From positions 601,060-665,059 of the forward strand of contig JABTUN010000003.1 of NCBI GenBank assembly GCA_015075365.1: 64,000 nt of DNA, given 5' to 3'. A program made the position numbers and the translations under genes. The first letter of the stretch is position 1. Each line of letters opens with the position of its first letter. Below are positions 1 through 8,271 of this stretch, piece by piece. This stretch comes from Verrucomicrobiaceae bacterium (GTDB taxonomy: Bacteria > Verrucomicrobiota > Verrucomicrobiia > Verrucomicrobiales > Verrucomicrobiaceae). Below the pieces are notes generated by a model, which was not told the origin of the DNA, did not search any database, and worked only from the letters and a program-made list of their open reading frames with translations.

Positions 1-227
1 TGGAGTTTCTGAAAAGCCTCTTTTGCCTTCGCATACACGGCGGGGGAGTAGGGGTCGATCTCCGGATCAAGGTCGATCTCGGCGCGGTCCACATGCAGCA
101 GGCTGTGAGGCTTGCCCTTGGCCAGGGCGGCGGCTTCGTCGCGGTTCACGACGTCGTACGGCACGGCGGCCACCTCGGCGGCGTGTTTGGGGGCGGGGAC
201 AAGACCTTGGAATGTGCGGATGCGCAT
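1..227 (-). CDS. DUF1015-family protein, N-terminal part (runs off the window edge)
   Basis: Not in the ORF track. Manual translation from ATG at 227 gives MRIRTFQGLVPAPKHAAEVAAVPYDVVNRDEAAALAKGKPHSLLHVDRAEIDL..DPY..VYAKA, matching the DUF1015 N-terminal PYDV/DPY pattern. Confidence 0.8.
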   Translation of the reverse strand, partial: MRIRTFQGLVPAPKHAAEVAAVPYDVVNRDEAAALAKGKPHSLLHVDRAEIDLDPEIDPYSPAVYAKAKEAFQKL

Positions 228-283
228 TTTGGGCGATAGAAGCGCCGCGCGGGCTTGTCAAACCGCTCTTCGGCCCCGCGTTC

Positions 284-1288
284 TCAGCGCCCGGAGACGA
301 TCTGCGGCGCCTTCCGCCGCACACCGATGTACACCGGTGACTGCTGGGGCTCCAGCGCCTTGCGACTGAAGGGCAGGCGTGTGTTGAAGGCCTCAAAATG
401 CCACGGGCCGTCCGCCGTGCGGATCGAGTACTGCAGCGCGCGGCCTCCGTCCAGCAGCGTGGCGTGCTGCACGTCCAGCTTGCGCGCCAGCTCGCTCACC
501 TCCGCCACATTCATCACGCCGCCGTCGCCGGAGAGCACAAAGACAATCGTGCCGTCCCGTTTCATGCCGCCCAGCGCGCGATAGGTGATCTTTGACCCGT
601 CGAAGTGCTCGTTGGGCTTCAACTCGACATAAGGGAAGATGGTGTGGTTTTTCATGACCGCCGGATAGACCTGCGATCCCTCCTGAATCGGGCCGGGGAC
701 ATCCGTTTCGAGCGATTTCGGCCCGAAGTAGGGCTTCCCATCCTTCACAAAGAAGCAGCCGCTCCAGTCGCCAAATGGCGCGTTCTGACGGATGCCCTCG
801 TGATACACCCAGCCCATGGGCTTGCCGCCCGGGTAACGGAAATTCGCCGTGATGGCGAACCACAGGTTATCCGTGTCCATGCGCTCGCGCGCGGTGGTGA
901 CGGCGAATTTCGGCCGGAAGCTCGTCATGAAGTCAAAGCGCTCCGGAGAGATGAGCACCACATGCACCTGCGCGCCGAAAAAACGCTGCGCCAGGCCCGC
1001 GGCCACGCCCGCGTCCCGCGTCACATGCAGGGAGGTCCAGCGCAGGCCCGGCTCCGTATGGCGCTCGATCAGCGCCGCCGCCAGATCCGCCGGCGTGAGG
1101 TCCGTGGGCGCCTTCCAGGTACCGCGCTTGAGCCGCACCTTCAGCGGTGTCTTTTCCGCGTCCTTGACCGCCAGATACACGAGGTTGCTGTTCAGGTTGA
1201 AGAATATCTCGCCGGCCATGTACACAGCCAGCGCGCCGATCACGGCGGGCAGCAGGACGAACTTCAGCCATGGGCGCTTCCAAATCAT
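284..1288 (-). CDS. Membrane-anchored phosphodiester glycosidase (NAGPA-like) family protein
   Basis: N-terminal TM helix after MIWKRPWLK. C-terminal ATLLDGGRA resembles the A.NLDGGGS motif of this family. Start trimmed from 1327. Confidence 0.55.
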   Translation of the reverse strand: MIWKRPWLKFVLLPAVIGALAVYMAGEIFFNLNSNLVYLAVKDAEKTPLKVRLKRGTWKAPTDLTPADLAAALIERHTEPGLRWTSLHVTRDAGVAAGLAQRFFGAQVHVVLISPERFDFMTSFRPKFAVTTARERMDTDNLWFAITANFRYPGGKPMGWVYHEGIRQNAPFGDWSGCFFVKDGKPYFGPKSLETDVPGPIQEGSQVYPAVMKNHTIFPYVELKPNEHFDGSKITYRALGGMKRDGTIVFVLSGDGGVMNVAEVSELARKLDVQHATLLDGGRALQYSIRTADGPWHFEAFNTRLPFSRKALEPQQSPVYIGVRRKAPQIVSGR

Positions 1289-1364
1289 GGGGGACGGCGA
1301 AAGTGCCGCAGCACCGCGACCGGTCAAGAGTCCGGCGAATGCATGCGCGAGCGATGCAGCCGGA

Positions 1365-3326
1365 TCACAGCCTCCGCTCCTTCACCTCCGCGGTGATCTC
1401 GCTCACGAACTCCGCGAGCGATTTCACGCCGAGATCGCCGCGTTTGGCGTGGCGGACGGCCACGGACTGGGCGGCGGCTTCTTTTTCGCCGATGACGAGC
1501 ATGTAGGGGATCTTGTCGAGCTGGGCGTTGCGGATCTTCGCACCGATCTTCTCGGACGCGTCGTCGTAGGTGGCACGAAGACCGGCGGCTTTGAGCTGGT
1601 TGAGGGCCTCGGTGGCGAACTCGTCGCTCTTTTCGCTGATGGTGAGCACGCGGACCTGCTCGGGGGCGAGCCAGGCGGGGAAGTGACCGGCGAAGTGCTC
1701 GATGAGCACGCCGCAGAAGCGCTCCATGCTGCCAAACGGTGCCCGGTGGATCATGACGGGGCGGTGCGGCTTGTTGTCCGGGCCGATGTAGCTGAGGTCA
1801 AAGCGCACGGGCAGGACGTAATCGACCTGCACGGTGCCGAGCTGCCATTCGCGACCGATGACGTCCTTGATGACGAAGTCGATCTTCGGGCCGTAGAAGG
1901 CGGCTTCGCCGGGTTCCTCGGTGAAGGGCACGCCGAGCGTGGCGGCGGCTTTGCGGCAGGCATCTTCGGCCGCGTCCCACTTGGCGGGATCGCCGGTGAA
2001 CTTGCTGCTGTCGGGATCGCGCAGGCCGACACGGACGCGGTAGTCGTGCATGCCGAGGGTGTTGAGCACGATCTTCACGAGCGAGAGGCAGCCGAGCACT
2101 TCGGCGGCGACTTGCTCCTCGGTGCAGAAGAGATGCGCGTCATCCTGCGTGAAGCCGCGGACGCGGGTCATGCCATTCAATTCACCGCTTTGCTCCCAGC
2201 GATACACCGTGCCGAATTCGGCGAGGCGCACCGGCAGGTCGCGGTAGCTGCGCGGCTGGCTGTCGAAGATCTTGATGTGATGCGGGCAGTTCATCGGCTT
2301 CAGCAGGAAGCCATCGAGCAATTGGTCGTCCGGCAGCACGCGGTCCTCGGTCACGACTTCCGTGCCGGCACGCTCATTGAGCTGGTTGCGCAGCTTCGCG
2401 GACACCGCGCCGAGGCGCTCCATCATCTCGCAGCAGCCGCAGCCTTCCTTGATGATCTTGCTGAGGTCGTCGTTCTCGATGACGGGGCTGAACTGGCTGT
2501 CTTTGTAATAAGGGAAGTGGCCGCTGGTCTTGTAGAGCACCGTTTTGCCGATGTGCGGCGTGAAGACCTGCGAGTAGCCCTGCTTGCGCAGTTCCTCGCT
2601 GATGAAGTTCTGCAGCTCCTGGCGCAGCACGGCCCCGTTCGGCGTCCAGAGGATGAGGCCCTGGCCCACGTCCTCGTCGATGTGGAAGAGCTTCAATTCA
2701 CGGCCCAGCTTGCGGTGGTCGCGTTTTTTGGCCTCTTCGAGCTGCACGAGGTGCGCATCGAGTTCTTCCTTCGTCGGGAAGGCGGTGCCGTAGAGGCGCT
2801 GGAGCTGCGGCTTCGTCTCGTCGCCCATGTAGAAGGACGAGCTGACCGACATCAGTTTCACGTTCTTGCACTTTGAGGTGTAGCCCACGTGCGGCCCGGC
2901 GCAGAGGTCGATGAACTCGCCGTTAGTAAACGTGCTGATCTGCTCTCCCTCGGGAATCTTCTCCAGCAGGTCGAGTTTGAAGGTGCTCGGATTGCCGGGA
3001 CGCTCGCTCAGACCGCCGAGGCGGCCGGATTTCGCCAGCGCGATGGCTTCCTCGCGGGTGACGCCCTTCCACTCGAACTTCTGGTTCTCCTTGGCGATCT
3101 TTTTCATCTCCGCCTCGATCTTCTCAAAGTCATCCGGCGTGATGCGATGGTCCGGCAGGTCGAAGTCGTAGTAGAAGCCGTTTTCCACGGGCGGGCCGTA
3201 GGCGAACTGGGCGTTCGGCCACAGGCGCAGGATGGCGGTGGCCATCACGTGGGCACAGGAGTGCCGCAGACGGTCAATATCAGACATCTGGGCGCGTTCT
3301 TCGAGGGTCTTGCGTTCGGCGGACAT
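1365..3326 (-). CDS. thrS: Threonine--tRNA ligase
   Basis: RHSCAHVMA, DLCAGPH, LQRLYGTAF, KPMNCPHH, YRDLPVR, RVRGFTQDDAH, AFYGPKIDF, IHRAPFGSMERF and a C-terminal anticodon-binding domain. Confidence 0.98.
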   Translation of the reverse strand: MSAERKTLEERAQMSDIDRLRHSCAHVMATAILRLWPNAQFAYGPPVENGFYYDFDLPDHRITPDDFEKIEAEMKKIAKENQKFEWKGVTREEAIALAKSGRLGGLSERPGNPSTFKLDLLEKIPEGEQISTFTNGEFIDLCAGPHVGYTSKCKNVKLMSVSSSFYMGDETKPQLQRLYGTAFPTKEELDAHLVQLEEAKKRDHRKLGRELKLFHIDEDVGQGLILWTPNGAVLRQELQNFISEELRKQGYSQVFTPHIGKTVLYKTSGHFPYYKDSQFSPVIENDDLSKIIKEGCGCCEMMERLGAVSAKLRNQLNERAGTEVVTEDRVLPDDQLLDGFLLKPMNCPHHIKIFDSQPRSYRDLPVRLAEFGTVYRWEQSGELNGMTRVRGFTQDDAHLFCTEEQVAAEVLGCLSLVKIVLNTLGMHDYRVRVGLRDPDSSKFTGDPAKWDAAEDACRKAAATLGVPFTEEPGEAAFYGPKIDFVIKDVIGREWQLGTVQVDYVLPVRFDLSYIGPDNKPHRPVMIHRAPFGSMERFCGVLIEHFAGHFPAWLAPEQVRVLTISEKSDEFATEALNQLKAAGLRATYDDASEKIGAKIRNAQLDKIPYMLVIGEKEAAAQSVAVRHAKRGDLGVKSLAEFVSEITAEVKERRL

Positions 3327-3432
3327 GGGCCGCGCACTTGGCGCAAGGGCGGGCGGGTTTCAAGCGGGGAGACGTGGCGGACGCAGGCGCGAGTGCGCCG
3401 CCATCGGGCGCCCGAGCTGCTGCATGCGGCGA

Positions 3433-3864
3433 TCACGGTGCCTTTGGCGCGTAGGGGCGATAGAATTTGCGCGAACCAAACTCGACGTAGCTGTTTTCTC
3501 CGGCCTTGAGGTAAAACGGCGGCTGCGCGCCGGGCGCGGCGGTGGCGGGCTGGTACACCAAGTATCTGCCGGTGGCATCGCGGCCCAGCTTGAACATCAC
3601 GGCATCGTCCATTGTCTGCGGCGATTCCACCCGACGGAACCAGCCTTCCCCGCCGCCGAATTTCAGATTGGGGGTGTAGCGGTCGTCATCCGGGCCGATG
3701 TGCGAGTAGTAGGCCGTGTCACCCAGGGCGGTCGGATACTCCGTCCACTCGTAATCCGCCGGATGCAGATGGATGCGCCAGGCCAGGATGACCAGCGCCG
3801 GCAGCAGCAGCGTCCAGCCCAGCAGCAGCCGGCCCGGGGTGTCGCGGAGTTCATTCGTCGCCAT
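3433..3864 (-). CDS. Hypothetical protein with N-terminal membrane anchor
   Basis: 143-aa ORF with a hydrophobic LLLGWTLLLPALVILAW segment, co-oriented with its neighbours. Confidence 0.7.
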   Translation of the reverse strand: MATNELRDTPGRLLLGWTLLLPALVILAWRIHLHPADYEWTEYPTALGDTAYYSHIGPDDDRYTPNLKFGGGEGWFRRVESPQTMDDAVMFKLGRDATGRYLVYQPATAAPGAQPPFYLKAGENSYVEFGSRKFYRPYAPKAP

Positions 3865-3876
3865 GCGCGCAGGCGG

Positions 3877-5391
3877 CTAGGGGGCGGGGATTTCGTTCAG
3901 TGTGTAGTAGCCCACCGGATGCAGCAGGGGGAGCCCGCCCGCGCTGCGCACACCGTCCAGATGCAATTCGTGGATGTGACCGCGCGTCATCGGGGAGAGG
4001 ATGAGGCGCACGGACCTGCCATCGGCCGCCACGTTGGCGGCGCTGATGCGGGGCAGCACCTCGTCGATCTCATCGCCGCCGTATTGCTCCCGGTAGGCAT
4101 AGGTGAAGGCGCGCATCGAGTAGCTCTTCACGTTCCCCGCGGTGGCTGGATCCACCGGCTGGGTGAAGCTCAGCTCAAAGCCGTCCGCCCTGGCGCGCAT
4201 CTCGAGCACTTCAAAGGGGACTTTCCCGGTCCATTCCACCTTTTCAAAGCAGTATGGCCTGCCGCCGCGCGCGCCCCAGCCGCGGTCACTCCCTCCCACA
4301 TAGACGCGCCCCTCCTCGTCCATGCGTCCGCCGATGAGGCCGCTGGTGAAGCCGCCGCGGAAGGGGAACACGGCCCCCTGCTTGATGCCGTTGACGGTTT
4401 CGAGAAACACGCGGCTCAGATTGCTGTGCGACTGGTCCGCGATGAAGAGCTGGCGGCTGAACGGGCCGAACTTCCCGCCGCTGGTGTCGCAAATGATGGC
4501 CGTCGCGGAGTTTCCGATCTTCCCATGCACCAGATACACCGCCGGCGGCAGCAATTGCTTGATGCGCGCGCGCTCCTGCACCATCCGGCCTGGGTCGCCG
4601 CCCGGACGCGCCTCGTTGCGCTTGCGCTCGCCCTGAAAGGCCTCCGGCACGGGATCCACCGGGCGCGGTCCCATGTTCGGAGCCAGGTCATACCAAACAT
4701 TGCCCGCCGGATGCCCCTGGAAGGTGCCGGGGACGAGGTGCTGCAGCGTGCAGGAGCCATGCCACGGCCCCTGGTTGTCGCAGTAATAAACCTCCCCCTC
4801 CGCATCGAAGCCCACCCCGCCCGGACTGCGGATGCCGGAGCACATCGGCGTCATTTTTCCGTCCGGCGTGATGCGCAGCGCCCAGCCGCGAAAGGGCACC
4901 TGGCTGCTGAAGGAGCCTGTGAGGCAAAGCGTGACCCACAGACCGCCCTTGGGGTCGAACCGGCTGCCGATGGCGTACTCGTGGTAATCGCCCGACACGC
5001 CCCAACCGTCGTTCACATTGTCAAACACATCGGCGCGGCCGTCCCCGTCGAGATCCTTCAGCCGGGTGATCTCGTAGCGCGTCGTCGCATACAGGCACTG
5101 CTCCTGCGGATGGTGGGCGATCCCCAGCACCTCGTGCAAGCCGGAGGCAAAAAGCTGGTAGCGCAGCGCGGAGGCATCACCGCTCCCCGCGCCGCTGACG
5201 ATCCACACCTCCCCGCGCCGCGTGCCCAGCGCCAGCCGGCCGCCGGGCAGCAGCTCGATGGCCCCCACCTCCATCGCCGTCTCCTTCGGCGTCTCAAAGG
5301 TGGTGACCCGGTAGTAGTCCGCTTCGACCGGATCGGCGGCGAAAAGCAGCGGGGCACTGAGGATGGCGAGAGGCAGGAGCAGGCGGTTCAT
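3877..5391 (-). CDS. Secreted beta-propeller protein, glucose/sorbosone dehydrogenase-like (PVC large secreted protein family)
   Basis: Signal peptide MNRLLLPLAILSAPLLFA, DLDGDGRAD motif and SGIRSPGG/DNQGPW motifs. Start trimmed from 5463. Confidence 0.7.
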   Translation of the reverse strand: MNRLLLPLAILSAPLLFAADPVEADYYRVTTFETPKETAMEVGAIELLPGGRLALGTRRGEVWIVSGAGSGDASALRYQLFASGLHEVLGIAHHPQEQCLYATTRYEITRLKDLDGDGRADVFDNVNDGWGVSGDYHEYAIGSRFDPKGGLWVTLCLTGSFSSQVPFRGWALRITPDGKMTPMCSGIRSPGGVGFDAEGEVYYCDNQGPWHGSCTLQHLVPGTFQGHPAGNVWYDLAPNMGPRPVDPVPEAFQGERKRNEARPGGDPGRMVQERARIKQLLPPAVYLVHGKIGNSATAIICDTSGGKFGPFSRQLFIADQSHSNLSRVFLETVNGIKQGAVFPFRGGFTSGLIGGRMDEEGRVYVGGSDRGWGARGGRPYCFEKVEWTGKVPFEVLEMRARADGFELSFTQPVDPATAGNVKSYSMRAFTYAYREQYGGDEIDEVLPRISAANVAADGRSVRLILSPMTRGHIHELHLDGVRSAGGLPLLHPVGYYTLNEIPAP

Positions 5392-5642
5392 GTCGAAAAA
5401 CGGGGACAGAGAAAGGGGCGCGGAAACAAGTTCTATCGTGGCTCCCAACCGCGCGGGTGTCAAAGCCGCTGCCTGTGCCCCCTATCCCGACATGCATCGC
5501 CCGCGGCATGCGGATCATGACTCCGCGTCACAGCAAAGCCTTGTTCATGGTTGCGGTTGTGCCGCAGTGTCCTGTGCCTGGCATGGACTTGCCAGCCGTG
5601 GCGTCGCGAGTCGGAAGGCGCGTGCTACTTCAGGATCGCGGA

Positions 5643-6287
5643 TCAGCGGGACGTGCCGCCACGCCGACGCCGGAGCCCCAGTCCGCTCAAGCCCAAGGCC
5701 AGCATCGCCATCCGCGCCGGTTCAGGAGTCGCATCGCCATCCAGCACAGGCCACACGGCGTAGGACCCCAGATGCTTCCACGCCGCCGTCTGGTAACCTG
5801 CTGTGATCGTCGCACCGAACGAAAAGAAAAACGCCGTGCCGCTGTTCCACGACGCCGTGTGATCGGACCACACATCCGTTGGCAGGTTCAGGAAGGGGCC
5901 CGTCGTGCCCAAGCCGCCAGCGGCGGTGCCACCCAGTTCCATGTAATACAGATGGCTCATCTCATCGAGCACCGAGTTGTTGTTGTAGCCCGGGTTGTCG
6001 CTCGAATGGGGCAGCCGCCAGGTGTTGAAGCCCATGTAGTTCGCCGCGTTCATCGCGGCGATGTACTGGTTCGCCGTGTTCCAGTCCATGTAGCCGCTTC
6101 CTGAGATGCCCAGGACGCCAAACGTCTGTGTGGCCGCCAGATTGGAGTTTTGCAGGAAGGTGATGTTCCGGTCGGTGTCATAGACCAGTCCATTTACCAG
6201 AACCAGCGCCGCCTCGCTGGGTGTAGGGGCCGCCCATGCCAGCGCCATCGCGGCGCTGAGGCATTTCAAGGTCGTCATGGATTTCAT
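5643..6287 (-). CDS. PEP-CTERM sorting-domain surface protein with Lcl/DUF1566-like domain
   Basis: Signal peptide, LVYDTDRNITFLQ..WRLP motif, and C-terminal TPEPARMAMLALGLSGLGLRRRR (PEP, TM helix, basic cluster). Confidence 0.85.
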   Translation of the reverse strand: MKSMTTLKCLSAAMALAWAAPTPSEAALVLVNGLVYDTDRNITFLQNSNLAATQTFGVLGISGSGYMDWNTANQYIAAMNAANYMGFNTWRLPHSSDNPGYNNNSVLDEMSHLYYMELGGTAAGGLGTTGPFLNLPTDVWSDHTASWNSGTAFFFSFGATITAGYQTAAWKHLGSYAVWPVLDGDATPEPARMAMLALGLSGLGLRRRRGGTSR

Positions 6288-6471
6288 GGTTGAATCCTTT
6301 CGCTGAATTTCCTTCAAAATAAGAGAAAAACTCCTTCCAGGTCAATACCTAACACGGGACCGCCCCTTCAACCCTGGCGGGTCTGCTGGCCCGGCAGGGG
6401 GCTCCACAACGAGGGCCAAGTCAAATCCCGCTGCCTTCCGGTCCCCTCACACAAACTTTCTGACAGGCTCA

Positions 6472-6667
6472 TCCGCCGCGACGCCGGAACCATCCGCCGC
6501 GACGCCGGAACTGTCCGCCGCGACGCCGGAACCATCCGCCGCGACGCCGGAACTGTCCGGCGCGACACCGGAACCATCCGGCGCGACGCTGGAACTGTCC
6601 GCCGCGACGCCGGAACTGTCCGCCGCGACGCCGGAACTGTCCGCCGCGACGCTGGAACCGTCCGGCG
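6472..6667. repeat. 21-bp tandem array A, 9 full units plus a partial unit, consensus TCCGCCGCGACGCCGGAAC(CA/TG)
   Basis: Units read directly at 6472, 6493, 6514, 6535, 6556, 6577, 6598, 6619 and 6640. Confidence 0.95.
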
Positions 6668-6835
6668 TGAAAAAGGAAACGCCGTTTCCACCGCCGCACC
6701 GGGGCGCATCCAGCGCGTCGTCCGGCGGCGTGCCGCGGCATGGGCACAGGCGGGGCAGGGGCGGAGGAGGCTGGTGGGGGCCGCATTCCAGCGGGCGGAT
6801 GATCCCACCGCCTGCGCCGCCGTCATGGCCTCACG

Positions 6836-6880
6836 GGCTGCTGAAAGACACCGCAAGGCCTGCGGACCGGGTCAATGCCC
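6836..6880. repeat. Partial second copy of the MITE left end
   Basis: GGCTGCTGAAAGACACCGCAAGGCCTGCGGACCGGGTCA closely matches GCCTGCTGAAAAACACCGCAAGACCTGCGGACCGGGTCA at about 7069-7108. Confidence 0.8.
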
Positions 6881-6949
6881 GGATCTACAGGCCGGATCAG
6901 TGCCCCGGTCCATACCCGGCGTCGTCACCTTTGGTGAAAGGCGGTTTCA

Positions 6950-7033
6950 AAACCACGAAGGGTCACGAATGAGCACGAATCGTTTACCCAGAAGGAGAAT
7001 CCATGGGTGAAAATTCGTGACTCCTCGTGGTTT
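6950..7033. repeat. Inverted-repeat hairpin with 21-bp arms and 2 mismatches (REP-like)
   Basis: AAACCACGAAGGGTCACGAAT (6950-6970) pairs with ATTCGTGACTCCTCGTGGTTT (7013-7033). Confidence 0.8.
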
Positions 7034-7059
7034 AACCATCACAAGTCATGATGACGCGC

Positions 7060-7193
7060 GGCCTGGCAGCCTGCTGAAAAACACCGCAAGACCTGCGGAC
7101 CGGGTCACTGCTCCGATCGACAGCGCAGGTGCAAGCGTTGCTGTAGCACCGGCCAGTGGCCGGTGAGGGCGTTTTTCAGCAGCCTGCCAGGCC
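7060..7193. mobile_element. MITE-like non-autonomous element with IS-type terminal inverted repeats
   Basis: Left end GGCCTGGCAGCCTGCTGAAAAAC and right end GTTTTTCAGCAGCCTGCCAGGCC form about 23-bp TIRs with 1 mismatch. No internal ORF of note. Confidence 0.7.
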
Positions 7194-7385
7194 GTAATGA
7201 TGCAGTTGGAGTGAACGAAAGGCGCGGCAGCGTCGTGGAGCGCGCGTGGCAGGCGTCAGCGCGACACCGCCGTCGCCGGCCGGACAGCGCGCATGGGCCG
7301 GAGAATGTGGTTGCGGTGCCCAACAGCGGTGTCGCCGGGGCAAAAGACGTGAGTTTGTGCCGGTGAAACTCGTCGCCCCCCGATC

Positions 7386-7553
7386 CTGCGGGACCGCAAA
7401 CTCGATCTGCGGGACCGCAAACTCAATCTGCGGGACCGCAAACTCAATCTGCGGGACCGCAAACTCGATCTGCGGGACCGCAAACTCAATCTGCGGGACC
7501 GCAAACTCGATCTGCGGGACCACGAACTCGATCTGCGGGACCGCAGCCTCAAT
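7386..7553. repeat. 21-bp tandem array B, 8 units, consensus CTGCGGGACCGCAAACTC(G/A)AT
   Basis: Read directly. Translates as (VPQIEFA)n on the minus strand and (GTANSIC)n on the plus strand. Confidence 0.95.
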
Positions 7554-7816
7554 TTGGAGGACGGTCCATTCTGCCCGCGGCTCCCGGTTTGGGGCTGGCG
7601 GCTGCGCGGTTGCCGGGGAGGTGGCAGGAACCATCCGTCGTGAAAAAGCACCAGGAACGACATACCAGGAGCCTCACAACCCGTCCAGCGGGTTGCGCGT
7701 CCCGGTGCCGCCACCTGACCTTCATCGTCTGCGAGGACTTCTCCAACCATTGCTCAACGGCTCCTCCTGGCCCTGGCAAGTCTCCCTGAACGCTGCGCTC
7801 CGAGGACGACTCGGTC

Positions 7817-7919
7817 CCGCTCTCCGCTCTCCGCCCTTTGCCCTTTGCCCTTCGCCCTCCGCCCTCCGCCCTCCGCCCTCCGCCCTCCGCCCTCCGCCCT
7901 CCGCCCTCCGCCCTCCGCC
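7817..7919. repeat. Heptanucleotide array, 14 units, including 8 consecutive perfect CCGCCCT (7859-7914)
   Basis: Read directly. Confidence 0.95.
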
Positions 7920-8141
7920 GCAGCCCCAATAGCGCCCGTAACCCTCCATCGCCGACCTCAGCGCGGTTTCGGCTGGCAGGGTTTTGCAAAATTTCAAAAA
8001 ACGCGCCATCTCCACGACCCACCAGCCCAGCCGCCGCTCCCCGTCCGCGTTGGTGGGCATCAAAACGCCCGCTGCTTTGACGACCCGCCGCACCCAAGGC
8101 TTGACCTCGGGCGACTTTTTTGCTTCCATCGGCGCATTCAT
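7920..8141 (-). pseudogene. Truncated ORF in the integron-integrase position (probable intI 5-prime remnant)
   Basis: RBS GAAAGGA before ATG 8141, encoding MNAPMEAKKSPEVKPW..RRLGWWVVEMARFLKFCK..YGRY. It is divergent from the attI-like site and runs into the heptamer array. No tyrosine-recombinase catalytic motifs are visible, so the call is positional. Confidence 0.45.
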
Positions 8142-8203
8142 CAAAATCCTTTCTTTCTGTGAACGGCCCTTTTTACGGCACCTCAACCCTGTTAATCCAC
8201 AGA

Positions 8204-8236
8204 AAATTGTGGGCGAATCTGATTCGCCCACAATTT
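8204..8236. promoter_or_regulatory. Perfect palindrome, 16-bp arms with 1-bp spacer, adjacent to attI
   Basis: AAATTGTGGGCGAATC-T-GATTCGCCCACAATTT, read directly. Function unknown. Confidence 0.6.
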
Positions 8237-8239
8237 ATT

Positions 8240-8259
8240 GTGACTAAACAACGTTAGGC
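8240..8259 (+). other. attI: attI-like integron recombination site (core GTTAGGC at 8253-8259)
   Basis: ACTAAACAAC|GTTAGGC resembles the attI1 junction CTAAAACAAA|GTTAGGC. The core is the exact complement of GCCTAAC at the end of cassette 1. Confidence 0.75.
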
Positions 8260-8271
8260 CAAGGAAAAATT

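Noticed and set aside
849-2876. Long ORFs opposite real genes (e.g. 849-2876, 3232-5520, 21585-23369, 24411-26153, 37918-39867, 58890-60689)
   Set aside because: Antisense shadow ORFs expected in high-GC DNA; the opposite strand has clear family motifs.
6472-7553. 21-bp arrays as CRISPR arrays
   Set aside because: The units are head-to-tail with no unique spacers, and no cas genes are present in the window.
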